Shown: positions 10,683 to 19,726 of the stretch, piece by piece
Layout of the letters: every line of letters starts with the position of its first letter
How positions within the stretch are numbered: position 1 is the stretch's first letter
Notes under the pieces: generated by a model
Databases searched by the model: none
The model's input: the letters and a program-made list of their open reading frames with translations, nothing else
Told to the model about the DNA's origin: nothing
From: Gammaproteobacteria bacterium
GTDB lineage: Bacteria; Pseudomonadota; Gammaproteobacteria; HK1
Assembly: GCA_041589735.1 (NCBI GenBank)
Contig: JBFHVA010000001.1
Location: 1-50,582 of the forward strand
Reading direction: 5' to 3'
Length of the DNA: 50,582 nt
Program-made: the position numbers and the translations under genes

Positions 10683-10872
10683 TGTCGTGTAATTTCACGC
10701 GGAGACCTGATCGTAAGAAGAATAGCCTGCGATCGCGGCTGTGGAAACCTGAAAGGGGCTCTTATGCTCGACCCGGCGTAAGCAATGGACCCCTCGAACC
10801 GAGGGAGGAAGCGGAGCGAGGGCAGCCCGCAGAATGGGGCCATTTCGACTCTGACTCGAAAGCACGATCTCG

Positions 10873-11976
10873 ATGGCAAATCTGAACCTATACCTATACA
10901 TGCGAGGATTCCAGCGCGGGCTGGTGATCATATTGGTGCTGGCGGGGGCGGCGTTCGGGGCCTGGGAAGTGCGCAGCCGTATCACCCATGTCCACGAAAT
11001 CGATGCCAGAATCGCTGGTGAACTGATCACCATAAGCAGTCGCGTATCCGGTTGGGTGAACGAGATCGTCGTCGAGGAGGGCGACGGGATCGCGAAGGAC
11101 CAGGTGCTGGTGCGCATAGATGGTCGCGAGTCAAAGCTGCTGGTCGACGAGCTCGAGGCGCAGATGCGATCGGTAGCATCTGAGCGGGCGCGACTCAACG
11201 CCGAGCGCAAACTGATAGACGAACAGACGAAAAGCCGATACGAGACCCAGCTTTCCAAGATGAGCGCGGCGGAAGCGTCCGTATCTGCGCTGGAGCCGCA
11301 GCTGGAATTGGCGCTTTCGGAGCTCAATCGCGCCAAGTCCCTTTTTGAAAAGCGAGTGATTCCAAAACAGCAGCTCGACCAGGCGCGCGCCACCGCGCGC
11401 AGGATTCAGGGGGAACACCGCATGGCGGTGGCGGAGCTCGAGGAATCACGCTCCGGTATTCAGGAAGCCCGCGCCGAGCGGGAGCGGCTGAATGTACTGG
11501 ACGGCGAGCTTGAAATGCTGCGTCATCGCGAATCCGCCCTACGTGCAAAACTCGAACAGCAAAAGCTCGACCTGGACGATCGAATCATTCGCAGCCCCAT
11601 AGAAGGCGTGGTGGACAAGACCTTTGTCGAAGGTGGCGAGTTCGTCACTTCGGGACAGCGTCTGCTGCTTATTCACGATCCGCGGCGGATTTGGATTGAA
11701 GCGAATATCAAGGAGACGCAAGTTCGAAAGCTGAAAATCGGGCAGTCGGTCGAGATCCAGGTGGACGCATATCCCGATCAGAACTTCACGGGCCAAGTGG
11801 AAAGCATCGGCAATACGACCACGGGAAAGTTCGCGCTGCTTCCCAACCCCAACCCCAGCGGAAACTTCACCAAGATTACGCAACGTCTTCCGGTTCGCAT
11901 CGGGATTCAGCAGAACGACCGCATGCTCAAGCCCGGCATGATGGTGGAGGTAAGGATTGACGTCCGAAAACGTTGA
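10873..11976 (+). CDS. HlyD/EmrA-family membrane fusion protein
   Basis: N-terminal TM helix, long coiled-coil, then barrel motifs IRSPIEGVV...L.KPGMMVEVRI. Confidence 0.88.
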   Translation: MANLNLYLYMRGFQRGLVIILVLAGAAFGAWEVRSRITHVHEIDARIAGELITISSRVSGWVNEIVVEEGDGIAKDQVLVRIDGRESKLLVDELEAQMRSVASERARLNAERKLIDEQTKSRYETQLSKMSAAEASVSALEPQLELALSELNRAKSLFEKRVIPKQQLDQARATARRIQGEHRMAVAELEESRSGIQEARAERERLNVLDGELEMLRHRESALRAKLEQQKLDLDDRIIRSPIEGVVDKTFVEGGEFVTSGQRLLLIHDPRRIWIEANIKETQVRKLKIGQSVEIQVDAYPDQNFTGQVESIGNTTTGKFALLPNPNPSGNFTKITQRLPVRIGIQQNDRMLKPGMMVEVRIDVRKR

Positions 11977-13534
11977 AGCGCTTTACAAGCGCTATGGCCG
12001 GGGCTATATCTGGCTGGCCACTTTCACCGGCGTTACTGCTTCGTTCACGATGGTGCTGACAGGCACCATTGCCAACGTCGCCGTTCCCAACGTCATGGGC
12101 GCGTTCGGCGTCGGACAGGATATCGCCCAGTTCATCGCCACCGCCTTCATCGCCACTATGACCGCAAGCCAGCTTCTCAACGCCTGGTTTGTCGGCGCCT
12201 TCGGTCAGCGGCTTGCGTTCACCATAGTGTTGACGATTTTTGCGGCCGGCGGTTTTCTCTGCGCTCTTTCGCCGACTCTGGACTTTGTCATCGTCGGCCG
12301 GATCATGCAGGGCTTTGCTGCGGGCGTCGTCCAGCCGCTGGTCATGGTCACGCTCATCCAGGTCTTTCCTCCCGAGCGGCGCGGCACCGCGATGGGTATT
12401 TACGGTATGGGCCTGGTACTGGCGCTGGGGCTTGGCCCACTGGTGGGCGGCATCGTCACGGATGCACTGGGCTGGCGCTACATGTTTTTCGTCCCGCTTC
12501 CGCTGGTTGCCGTTGCGCTCATCATGGGCACGTTCTTCATGCCGTCGCAGAAAACGGAAAGGGAACGTGTGCCCTTCGATTGGATCGGTTATGGACTTTT
12601 GTGTGTCGCTCTGTTTTGCCTGATGTCCGGTATCGCGAATGGACAGCGTGAAGGTTGGGGATCGGACACGGTCGTTACGTACTTTGTCATCGGCGGAGTT
12701 TCCGGCGCGGCGTTTATTCAATCGCAGCTTCGCGCCGATGCCGCGCTGCTGCAGTTTTCGCTTTTTCGCAACCCGAACTTCGCCGCCGCGATAGTGGTCG
12801 CTTTCGTTTACGGTGTAGGCAACTTTTCCACCACTTACGCGGTTCCGGTATTCGGCCAGCTGGTTCAGGGATTGACGCCAACCGCTGCTGGCTCGCTGCT
12901 GTTGCCGGCGAGCCTGGTGCTGGTGGCGATTTTCCCGTTCACCGGGTGGCTTTCAGATCGCGTGTCTCCGCAGGGTCCGCTCATCGGCGGCTTCCTGCTG
13001 TTCGTTACCGGGACGCTGCTGCTCGCCAGCGCGGACGTCAATACCGCATACCTCAACATTGTCCTGTTCGCCATGGTGGGACGACTTGGGATGGGGTTCA
13101 TCATGCCGTCTCTGATGACCGCGGCGATCAAGACCTTGCCCCCGGAAGAGCTCAATGCGGGGTCGGGAACGGTGAATTTCTTCCGCCAGCTCGGGGGCGC
13201 CTTCGGTATCAACGCCCTGGTCGCGCTGATAGAACGCCGCACCCAGTTTCACGCCGACGCGCTGACCACCACCCAGAGCGCCGACAACGCGGCCACTCGG
13301 GAGCTGATACAGCGCGCCGGAGATCTGCTCAACCAGACGGGTTTGCCGGAGGCCATACAGCGGGCCATGGCCCTGGAGCATCTGGGCGACATGATCTATG
13401 CCCAGGCAACCACGCTTGCCTTTCAGGACGGATTTCGCGTCATTGCCCTGGTTTTCGTGCTGGCGTTGCTTCCGGCCTGGATGCTCGGGCGCTCGGCGCG
13501 AAGCGCCGCCCGGATCGCACCGGCGCGGGTGTAA
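11957..13534 (+). CDS. MFS drug efflux transporter, DHA2/EmrB-QacA type (14 TMS)
   Basis: TTG start with GGAGG 6 nt upstream, overlapping the hlyD-like stop. 525 aa. GRIMQGFAAG and PPERRGTAMGIYG are typical DHA2 motifs. Confidence 0.88.
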   Translation: MTSENVEALYKRYGRGYIWLATFTGVTASFTMVLTGTIANVAVPNVMGAFGVGQDIAQFIATAFIATMTASQLLNAWFVGAFGQRLAFTIVLTIFAAGGFLCALSPTLDFVIVGRIMQGFAAGVVQPLVMVTLIQVFPPERRGTAMGIYGMGLVLALGLGPLVGGIVTDALGWRYMFFVPLPLVAVALIMGTFFMPSQKTERERVPFDWIGYGLLCVALFCLMSGIANGQREGWGSDTVVTYFVIGGVSGAAFIQSQLRADAALLQFSLFRNPNFAAAIVVAFVYGVGNFSTTYAVPVFGQLVQGLTPTAAGSLLLPASLVLVAIFPFTGWLSDRVSPQGPLIGGFLLFVTGTLLLASADVNTAYLNIVLFAMVGRLGMGFIMPSLMTAAIKTLPPEELNAGSGTVNFFRQLGGAFGINALVALIERRTQFHADALTTTQSADNAATRELIQRAGDLLNQTGLPEAIQRAMALEHLGDMIYAQATTLAFQDGFRVIALVFVLALLPAWMLGRSARSAARIAPARV

Positions 13535-13654
13535 CGCATCTCATGTGACTTTTTGGTGGAACGAAGCCCGCTGTGGGCGCGAGCCTGCCCGCGATTCATC
13601 AGCTCGGGGCGTCCAGAGGGCGGTTGGCTTCCGGCAGTTCCGATAGGATTTCTC

Positions 13655-14215
13655 TTAGATCGAATTCGCCTTTTCCAGCAGCTCCTGAATCAATCCGTCG
13701 CTGTCACCGCCGCCGAAGGTAATTGCTCCGGACGAGTAGGTGCCGCCGTAGGTGACGGCGAGATTCACCACCTGGGCAATGCCCGAGACGAAGTCCCGCT
13801 CATAGAGCGTCGACAGTGGATGCAGGAACGCGCTCCAAAGCACGCCCCGAGCGATCGCGTAGCGGGCGTCGAGGGCGGAGTCGAAGTTCGCTTGCATCAC
13901 TCGCGTCAAGCGCTCCTCTTCGAGCTCTTCAATCTCTACCACTCCAGTGAGGATACGCATTCGGTTTGCATTCTCGTCGGTGATGACCAGCAACTCTCTG
14001 TCTGCCACGGTGAAGCGCCAGAATCCCGATCGGCCCTCTGCCTTTGAGTCAATCTTGCGAATGATTATTTCCAGCCGTTCATTGTTCATGATTCCGGCCT
14101 GATCGCATACGCACTCGGGGGGCTGCGTTTCCGTGGCAAGAACAATGGATACGGCTGAGAACGACATCAGCGTGAAAATACTGAGCAGAGAATTTAACCA
14201 ATTCGACGTCCGCAT
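13655..14215 (-). CDS. secreted hypothetical protein, possibly CesT/YbjN-like fold
   Basis: ATG 14215 with GGAGG 7 nt upstream. Signal peptide is present. NRMRILTGV...LTRVMQANFDSALDARYAIARGVLWSAFLHPL resembles T3SS-chaperone-like/YbjN proteins (weak recall). Confidence 0.55.
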   Translation of the reverse strand: MRTSNWLNSLLSIFTLMSFSAVSIVLATETQPPECVCDQAGIMNNERLEIIIRKIDSKAEGRSGFWRFTVADRELLVITDENANRMRILTGVVEIEELEEERLTRVMQANFDSALDARYAIARGVLWSAFLHPLSTLYERDFVSGIAQVVNLAVTYGGTYSSGAITFGGGDSDGLIQELLEKANSI

Positions 14216-14303
14216 GACGATGCCTCCGTGAAACTCTGGGTCCAAGCGTTCCCCACATCCGGCAGCTTCAAGAATAGCCTACGTGTGAGAGCAAGCCTTG
14301 GTC

Positions 14304-15179
14304 TCAGGCCTTCACGAACTCAAGAGCAATACCAAAACAGGTCGACGGTGAGAGCATGATGCTCTCATCTGTGCGTATACGTTCGATACCGCCGCGTTCG
14401 AGGCATGCGTCCGTCTCATCGAGATCGTCCGTCCGGATCGCTGCCGCTACGAATCGCGCGGACGAACTTGAACCGACCCCGGAAACGTCTGTAAAACGGC
14501 CGAACGAAATTTCCGGTGGTATCACCAGGACCTTTCCGAGAGCGGTCTGGATAACAAGCTCTTCGCCGTTGATCTCGATGCTGCCTGCGCCGAAGAGCGC
14601 CTCAAAGAACGCTGCATGCCGGCGCGGTGTCTCGGTCGCGAGGATGACCGAGGCAAAATCCAGGGCTCCGTTGGCGTGACGCTGGTACTGCGGCTGCCAG
14701 AACGCGTCGGGCGCGTGCTGCTGGCAGCAGAAAAAAACAGCGCCGGGCATGTCCTCGCTCAAGACGAATGCGATGGTAAAGGCAACTTTTGCCTCGCTGC
14801 CATCGGGAAGCCTTGCAGCGCGCTCGAAATAAACCGGCTCGAAGGTGGTCAGCCCCGCCTCTCTCCATCGGGCTTCATCGGCGCGTGCGTCTTCGCTGGA
14901 AATTACAAGCATCGACATGCCTTCTACGCGGGATAGAAAATCAGCGTTGTGCGCGGCGAAGCTGAAACGTTGATTGCTATGCGGCGGGATTCGCCCGGCG
15001 TCTACCACCGAGAGCAATTCGACGAAGCTCGAGCCAAATTGTGCCAGGCTATTGCCGGTGCCGAACGGATGCGTTGCCGGCGGAGTGAGAGTGAATCCCA
15101 TGGAGCGAAACCGATCGCGTGCCGCCTCAAGATCGTGCACGCAAAGCACGATATGATCGATTCCCGGGGTCGAGGACAC
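14304..15179 (-). CDS. VOC/glyoxalase-like family protein
   Basis: IDHIVLCVHDLEAARDRFRSMGFTL is a typical glyoxalase-fold N-terminus. Length is 291 aa. Confidence 0.75.
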   Translation of the reverse strand: MSSTPGIDHIVLCVHDLEAARDRFRSMGFTLTPPATHPFGTGNSLAQFGSSFVELLSVVDAGRIPPHSNQRFSFAAHNADFLSRVEGMSMLVISSEDARADEARWREAGLTTFEPVYFERAARLPDGSEAKVAFTIAFVLSEDMPGAVFFCCQQHAPDAFWQPQYQRHANGALDFASVILATETPRRHAAFFEALFGAGSIEINGEELVIQTALGKVLVIPPEISFGRFTDVSGVGSSSSARFVAAAIRTDDLDETDACLERGGIERIRTDESIMLSPSTCFGIALEFVKA

Positions 15180-15186
15180 GCTCTCG

Positions 15187-16836
15187 TCATCTCTGCCGAT
15201 CGGGATCGGCGCGATAGAACTGCGCCGTTGACGGTTCCAGCGGGGCGCGCCCGCGAATGGCGTCAGCGAGCTTCTCCGCCAGCATTATGGTGGGCGCGTT
15301 GAGGTTGCCGCTGACGATGCTGGGCATGATCGACGCGTCTACGATCCGCAAGGCGTCAATGCCGTGCACCCGCGCTTCACTGTCCACTACCGCACTATCG
15401 TCAATGCCCATCTTGCAGGTGCAGGACGGATGATAAGCGCTCTCGGCCTTGGCGCGTACGAATGCGTCGATGTCCGCATCTGATTGAACGGATTCGCCCG
15501 GAGTCAGCTCGTCGCCGCGGAATTGATCGAAAGCGGACTGAGAGAAGATCTCCCGCGTCAAGTGGACGCCGGCGCGCATCTCCTCCCGATCGGCTTCGGT
15601 CATCATGTAGTTGAACAATATCTCCGGCGGATCGGCGGGATCGGCGGATCGAAGCTTGACATGGCCACTGCTGGTCGGACGCATCGGGCCGACGTGAGCC
15701 TGGAAACCGTGTCCGCCGGCGGGGCTGCTTCCATCGTAATTGATGGCGATGGGCAGAAAATGGTACTGCAGGTCCGGATGCGGAACGCCCGCGCGGCTGC
15801 GGATGAATCCACCGGCCTCGAAGTGACTGGAGGCCCCGTCGCCGCTATGAAGCAGCAGCCACTGAATGCCAATGAGGGGTTTTCTAAACGGATTCATTGC
15901 CCGATAGAGTGAAACGGGCTGGGTGCAGGCGTGCTGTACGTAAATTTCCAGGTGATCCTGAAGGTTCTGACCGACACCCGGAAGATCCTGGATCACGGAA
16001 ATCCCAAGCTTCTTGAGTTCGCTTTCATTTCCGATGCCTGAAAGCATCAGCAGCTGCGGGGAGTTGATCGCGCCTCCGCTCAGTATCACCTCGCGCTCGG
16101 CGCGCGCCACCTTGCGCACGCCGCGCTGCACATATTCGACGCCCACGGCGCGTTTTCCCTCGAACAGGATCCGGGTGCAGTAGGCGCGGGTTTGCACATC
16201 GATCTTTGGCCGCGACATCGCGGGTCGCAGGTAGGCCTTTGCCGTGCTCCATCTTCTGCCGCGGTAAACGGTCATGTCCATGGGGCCGAAGCCTTCCTGC
16301 TGGTAGCCGTTCATGTCCTCCGTGTATGGATAGCCGGCCTGAATCCCCGCCTCGATGAAGGCCTCGAACAGCGGGTTACTGCAAGCGCCGGTGGCGACCT
16401 TGAGAGGTCCGCTGTCGCCGCGGTATTCGTCACCGCCTTTTTCCCGGGTCTCGGCTTTCCGGAAATAAGGAAGGCAGCGCGTGTACGACCATTCCGGCAA
16501 GGCGTTACCGGCCCAGCGTTCGTAATCGAGGGCGTTTCCGCGAACATAGACCATCCCGTTTATGGATGAAGATCCGCCCAGTACCCGTCCCCGGGGACAG
16601 TACATCCGGCGCTCGTCCATCCACGGCTCGGGGGCCCCGTGGTAGTACCAGTTGAAGCGATCGTTGGCCAGCGGAAATGAAAACGCGGCCGGCATGTGTA
16701 TGAAAATGCTCCGGTCCGCCGGCCCGGCTTCGAGCATCAGAAGGTCCACGTCCGGATCTTCCGTGAGCCGGTTGGCGAGCACGCAGCCCGCCGATCCGGC
16801 GCCGACGATGATGTAATCGAAGCTGTTCGAATTCAT
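15187..16836 (-). CDS. GMC family oxidoreductase (choline dehydrogenase-like)
   Basis: FDYIIVGAGSAGCVLANRLTED (FAD fold), GGSSSINGMVYVRG, and C-terminal HPSCTCKMG...VVDASIMP. Confidence 0.9.
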   Translation of the reverse strand: MNSNSFDYIIVGAGSAGCVLANRLTEDPDVDLLMLEAGPADRSIFIHMPAAFSFPLANDRFNWYYHGAPEPWMDERRMYCPRGRVLGGSSSINGMVYVRGNALDYERWAGNALPEWSYTRCLPYFRKAETREKGGDEYRGDSGPLKVATGACSNPLFEAFIEAGIQAGYPYTEDMNGYQQEGFGPMDMTVYRGRRWSTAKAYLRPAMSRPKIDVQTRAYCTRILFEGKRAVGVEYVQRGVRKVARAEREVILSGGAINSPQLLMLSGIGNESELKKLGISVIQDLPGVGQNLQDHLEIYVQHACTQPVSLYRAMNPFRKPLIGIQWLLLHSGDGASSHFEAGGFIRSRAGVPHPDLQYHFLPIAINYDGSSPAGGHGFQAHVGPMRPTSSGHVKLRSADPADPPEILFNYMMTEADREEMRAGVHLTREIFSQSAFDQFRGDELTPGESVQSDADIDAFVRAKAESAYHPSCTCKMGIDDSAVVDSEARVHGIDALRIVDASIMPSIVSGNLNAPTIMLAEKLADAIRGRAPLEPSTAQFYRADPDRQR

Positions 16837-16946
16837 GCAGGCGTAAGAATGCCCATGGATTAAATCATGCGATGAAGCGCACGCACGCCCGCAAGCCGGG
16901 CCGAAAGTCGAGCTCGAAACGGCTCGTTCGGGCTTATTCTAACCTT

Positions 16947-16973
16947 GGGAAGCTCTGAAGTATTCAGAGCTTC
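16947..16973. repeat. perfect 12-bp-stem hairpin GGAAGCTCTGAA-gta-TTCAGAGCTTCC
   Basis: Read directly from the sequence. Shares the CTCTGAA...TTCAGAG core with the hairpin at 17059-17092. Confidence 0.6.
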
Positions 16974-16995
16974 CGCAGCACAGGGATGTGCCGCC

Positions 16996-17023
16996 GTTTT
17001 CGGCACCTGCAAGAGGTGAAAAC
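16996..17023. repeat. imperfect hairpin GTTTTC-ggc-ACCT-gcaag-AGGT-GAAAAC
   Basis: Read directly from the sequence. It is the middle of three stem-loops in the 270-bp spacer. Confidence 0.45.
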
Positions 17024-17058
17024 GTTGGCAAAGCGAAAATCACACTTTTCCCTTTGCG

Positions 17059-17092
17059 ACTCTGAAGAATTCACGGATGAATTATTCAGAGT
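17059..17092 (-). terminator. 15-bp stem (1 mismatch) hairpin just downstream of the FRG gene
   Basis: Minus strand reads ACTCTGAATAATTCA-tccg-TGAATTCTTCAGAGT, starting 15 nt after the stop. There is no clean T-tract; GATTTTCGC lies further on. Confidence 0.45.
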
Positions 17093-17106
17093 TTCCCTTG
17101 GAGTGG

Positions 17107-17862
17107 TCAGGACTTCTTGATGCCGGAAAGACCTTCTTTCCAGTAATCGAACTCGGCCATGATCCAGTTGAAATGCCGGGAGAGACCGACAAGGTTCGGG
17201 AAAAGCGTCTGGCCGTTGATTCCGTACTGATTAAGCTCGAACAGCAGCTCTTTACGGTATTTTTGATCGATGACGATTTTCTCGAGCTTGTCCGCCGGCG
17301 TCATGCCTGCTTCCACCGACAGCGTCGACGGGCCGTGGTGAGTGAAAAGGCCTATGACCCGGGAGACGCGCCCGCTGACGCGTGTCGGGGTGAACTGCGT
17401 GATCCCGTGGCGCTCGAAGGGCGACTTGGCGTTCAGATCGCTGAGTATGTTGGTGGTCTTGAAGCACCAGATGACGGACTCACCGTATCCGGGCTCCATC
17501 ACCGCGAAATAGGCCGCGGCGAGAGGTTTGCCGGTCCAGTCGAGCAGGCGCGTGGCAAAACCATGGTGCTGGGCGATGGCGAGCCAGTTCCAGTCGTCAG
17601 CCGGGCGCTCGTCGGTTTCCACGTATTGCAGCGCTTCTGATTTCCAGCGCCTGAAGAATATTTGATCATGTCCGTCGGCGAACGGCGGCCGGCCGGCTCG
17701 CGGAACCAGAGGCCAGTCAGGATCGGCGTGGCCCCGGTACACCCAACCGGCATCCCGGCGATGAATTTCCAGCGCTTCGTGAAGCTCGGCAAAAGATTTG
17801 ACCCGGTATTCCGTCATGCGGCGGTTCTGCTCGATCTGAGTTTGCCTTGAAGCATAGTCCAC
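17107..17862 (-). CDS. FRG domain-containing protein (function unknown)
   Basis: WVYRGHADPDWPLVPRAGR...WLAIAQHHGFATRLLDWT matches the (F/Y)RG...QHyG.pTRLLDWT signature of Pfam FRG. GTG 17862 or ATG 17817 could be the start; neither has a clear SD. Confidence 0.78.
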   Translation of the reverse strand: MDYASRQTQIEQNRRMTEYRVKSFAELHEALEIHRRDAGWVYRGHADPDWPLVPRAGRPPFADGHDQIFFRRWKSEALQYVETDERPADDWNWLAIAQHHGFATRLLDWTGKPLAAAYFAVMEPGYGESVIWCFKTTNILSDLNAKSPFERHGITQFTPTRVSGRVSRVIGLFTHHGPSTLSVEAGMTPADKLEKIVIDQKYRKELLFELNQYGINGQTLFPNLVGLSRHFNWIMAEFDYWKEGLSGIKKS

Positions 17863-18562
17863 GGGTCAGGGTATGGAGCGCATGGCCAGCGCCCAGCTGC
17901 TCGATGATGGGCATCGCCTCCTCAAGGGAGAGCCGCTCCGTTGGCAGCTTGCAGGTAAACTTTTCCATCGACTCGCCTTCCATGACTTCCATGGTCAAGA
18001 GCACCGTGTTTGTGATCTGGTCTCGGTCGAAGTTGGAAACGATGGCGATGTGCTGATGCGCGAGGCGTTGCTGCTTGGATGTCTCCCGCTGCAACGCAAC
18101 GGACGCCTCTGGGTGTTCACGGAAGTCTCAGTTGAGCAGCTTGATGACAACGTAAGGATTTCGGTCGCGGGCCCGCACTTTGTGCACGTCGCGTCCCCGC
18201 CATACTGCGCCCATGCCGCATTCGCCAAGCTTCTTCCAAAACTGAATGCGCTTTCGGGGCATTTGCCCGGGCCCGAATTCGCCGTCCTCGGCGATCAGAT
18301 CTATTGCTCGGGGCACGGCACATACGTGCCAGGGCAGGCCGTCGATTTTGGCGCTTCGCAGAGCGGCCTGGTTCCCGGGCACACGCTCCGGGTTGTCGGT
18401 GAGACTATGGCCGAGCGCAGCTTCGAGGCCATCGAAGCGGATTTCGCCCTGCTGGAAGGCTGCGAAAATCGCGGGAATTTCAGGCTTTAAAGGAATGCAG
18501 CACAGCGAATGGGAGCGGAAGACCCGGCCATCATCGTCCCGCGCAAAGCCTCCATCGTGCAA
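17858..18562 (-). pseudogene. Hanks-type Ser/Thr protein kinase remnant (in-frame TGA, 3' half missing)
   Basis: Gly-loop LGECGMGAVW, VVIKLL lysine, then TGA at 18128-18130. The same frame continues with alphaC (LQRETSKQQRL), HQHIAIV, and hinge LLTMEVMEGESM. No HRD/DFG/APE motif follows before the FRG gene. Confidence 0.7.
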
Positions 18563-18589
18563 AGGTCACAACGGCGCCTGCGAGGCGGA

Positions 18590-19726
18590 TCAGGCAAGTT
18601 CGTGGGGCAGCAGGACCTGGCGCACGGCCTCTCCGGCGGCCAGCCGGTCGAATCCTTCGTTCAAGGACTCAAAGCCGATAGTTCCGGATGTGAGGCGATC
18701 GACGGGGAGAAGGCCGCGCCGGAACAGTGACAAATACCGGGGCACGTCGCGAGTGGGCACGCAGCTCCCCATGTAGCTCCCCTTGACGGTGCGTTCGTCG
18801 GAGACCATCGCCGATAGCGGGATGGAAAGCGTGTGCTGGTGATGCGGAAGTCCGGCACTGACGGTGGTTCCGCCGCGGCGGGTGATGCGATAGGCGGTTT
18901 CCATTGCAGCGACGGCGCCGGCCATTTCAAACGCGTAGGCAGCGCCGCCCCGGGTGATCTCGATTATCTTCTGCTCGGCGCTTTCATCTTTGGCGTCAAT
19001 CGTATGGGTCGCGCCAACGGCACCGGCGAGCGCGAGCTTTTCTGCATTCACGTCAACGGCGATTAGCGGATCGGCGCCGCAGACCCGCGCGCCCAGCAGG
19101 GCGCACAAACCGACGCCGCCGAGGCCCACTACGGCCACGCTCGCGCCTGCGGGCACCCTGGCCGTATTCACTACCGCGCCCACGCCCGTCATAACCGCAC
19201 AGCCGAAGAGCGCGGCCACCTCGAGGGGGATATCGACGTCGATGGGGATTACGGCGTGACGGGACACCACGGCATACTCCGCAAACGCCGAGATGCCGCT
19301 GAAGTGATTGAGCGGTTCTCCGTTCAGGCTCAGGCGCTTTTCCCCCGAAAGCAGGGTTCCGGAGTTGCGCGCGTTCCAGTGCGTCGCGCACAAGTTCGGT
19401 CGCCCCTGCCGACAACACTCACAGTTGCCGCAGGGCGAAACGAAAGACATCACCACGTGAGTGCCGACGCCCACCTCGGTGACGTTGTCGCCAACCTGGC
19501 AAACAACACCCGCCGCCTCGTGGCCGATGCTGGTGGGCAGGCTTCGCTTACGCACGCCTTCGATGGAGGAAAGATCAGAATGGCAAAGCCCCGCCGCCCG
19601 GATTTCAACGAGCACCTCGTCCGAGCCCGGGGGCGCGAGGTCAACGGTCTCGATGACCAGTGGTTTGCTCCGGGTGTAAGGCCTCGGCTTCCCCTGCTCG
19701 TAGAGCACGGCGGCGCGGATCTTCAT
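18590..19726 (-). CDS. zinc-dependent alcohol dehydrogenase family protein
   Basis: GLCHSDLS, GHEAAGVV, a structural-Zn Cys cluster CGNCECCRQGRPNLC, and the Rossmann motif VVGLGGVGL. Confidence 0.9.
   Translation of the reverse strand: MKIRAAVLYEQGKPRPYTRSKPLVIETVDLAPPGSDEVLVEIRAAGLCHSDLSSIEGVRKRSLPTSIGHEAAGVVCQVGDNVTEVGVGTHVVMSFVSPCGNCECCRQGRPNLCATHWNARNSGTLLSGEKRLSLNGEPLNHFSGISAFAEYAVVSRHAVIPIDVDIPLEVAALFGCAVMTGVGAVVNTARVPAGASVAVVGLGGVGLCALLGARVCGADPLIAVDVNAEKLALAGAVGATHTIDAKDESAEQKIIEITRGGAAYAFEMAGAVAAMETAYRITRRGGTTVSAGLPHHQHTLSIPLSAMVSDERTVKGSYMGSCVPTRDVPRYLSLFRRGLLPVDRLTSGTIGFESLNEGFDRLAAGEAVRQVLLPHELA

Noticed and set aside
15640-15666. Tandem 9-mer (GGCGGATCG-like, three copies)
   Set aside because: It lies inside the GMC oxidoreductase CDS and simply encodes a DPADPPE stretch. 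It is too short and imperfect to be a meaningful repeat.
17024-17106. The hairpin downstream of the FRG gene as an integron attC site (gene cassette)
   Set aside because: I could not find R''/R' core sites matching RYYYAAC / GTTRRRY at the stem bases. No intI or attI is present in the window.
18128-18130. In-frame TGA in the kinase as a selenocysteine or programmed read-through codon
   Set aside because: The position follows the VAIK strand, where no Sec or Cys is expected. No SECIS-like hairpin was evident just downstream. The gene also lacks its whole catalytic half, so decay is the simpler reading.
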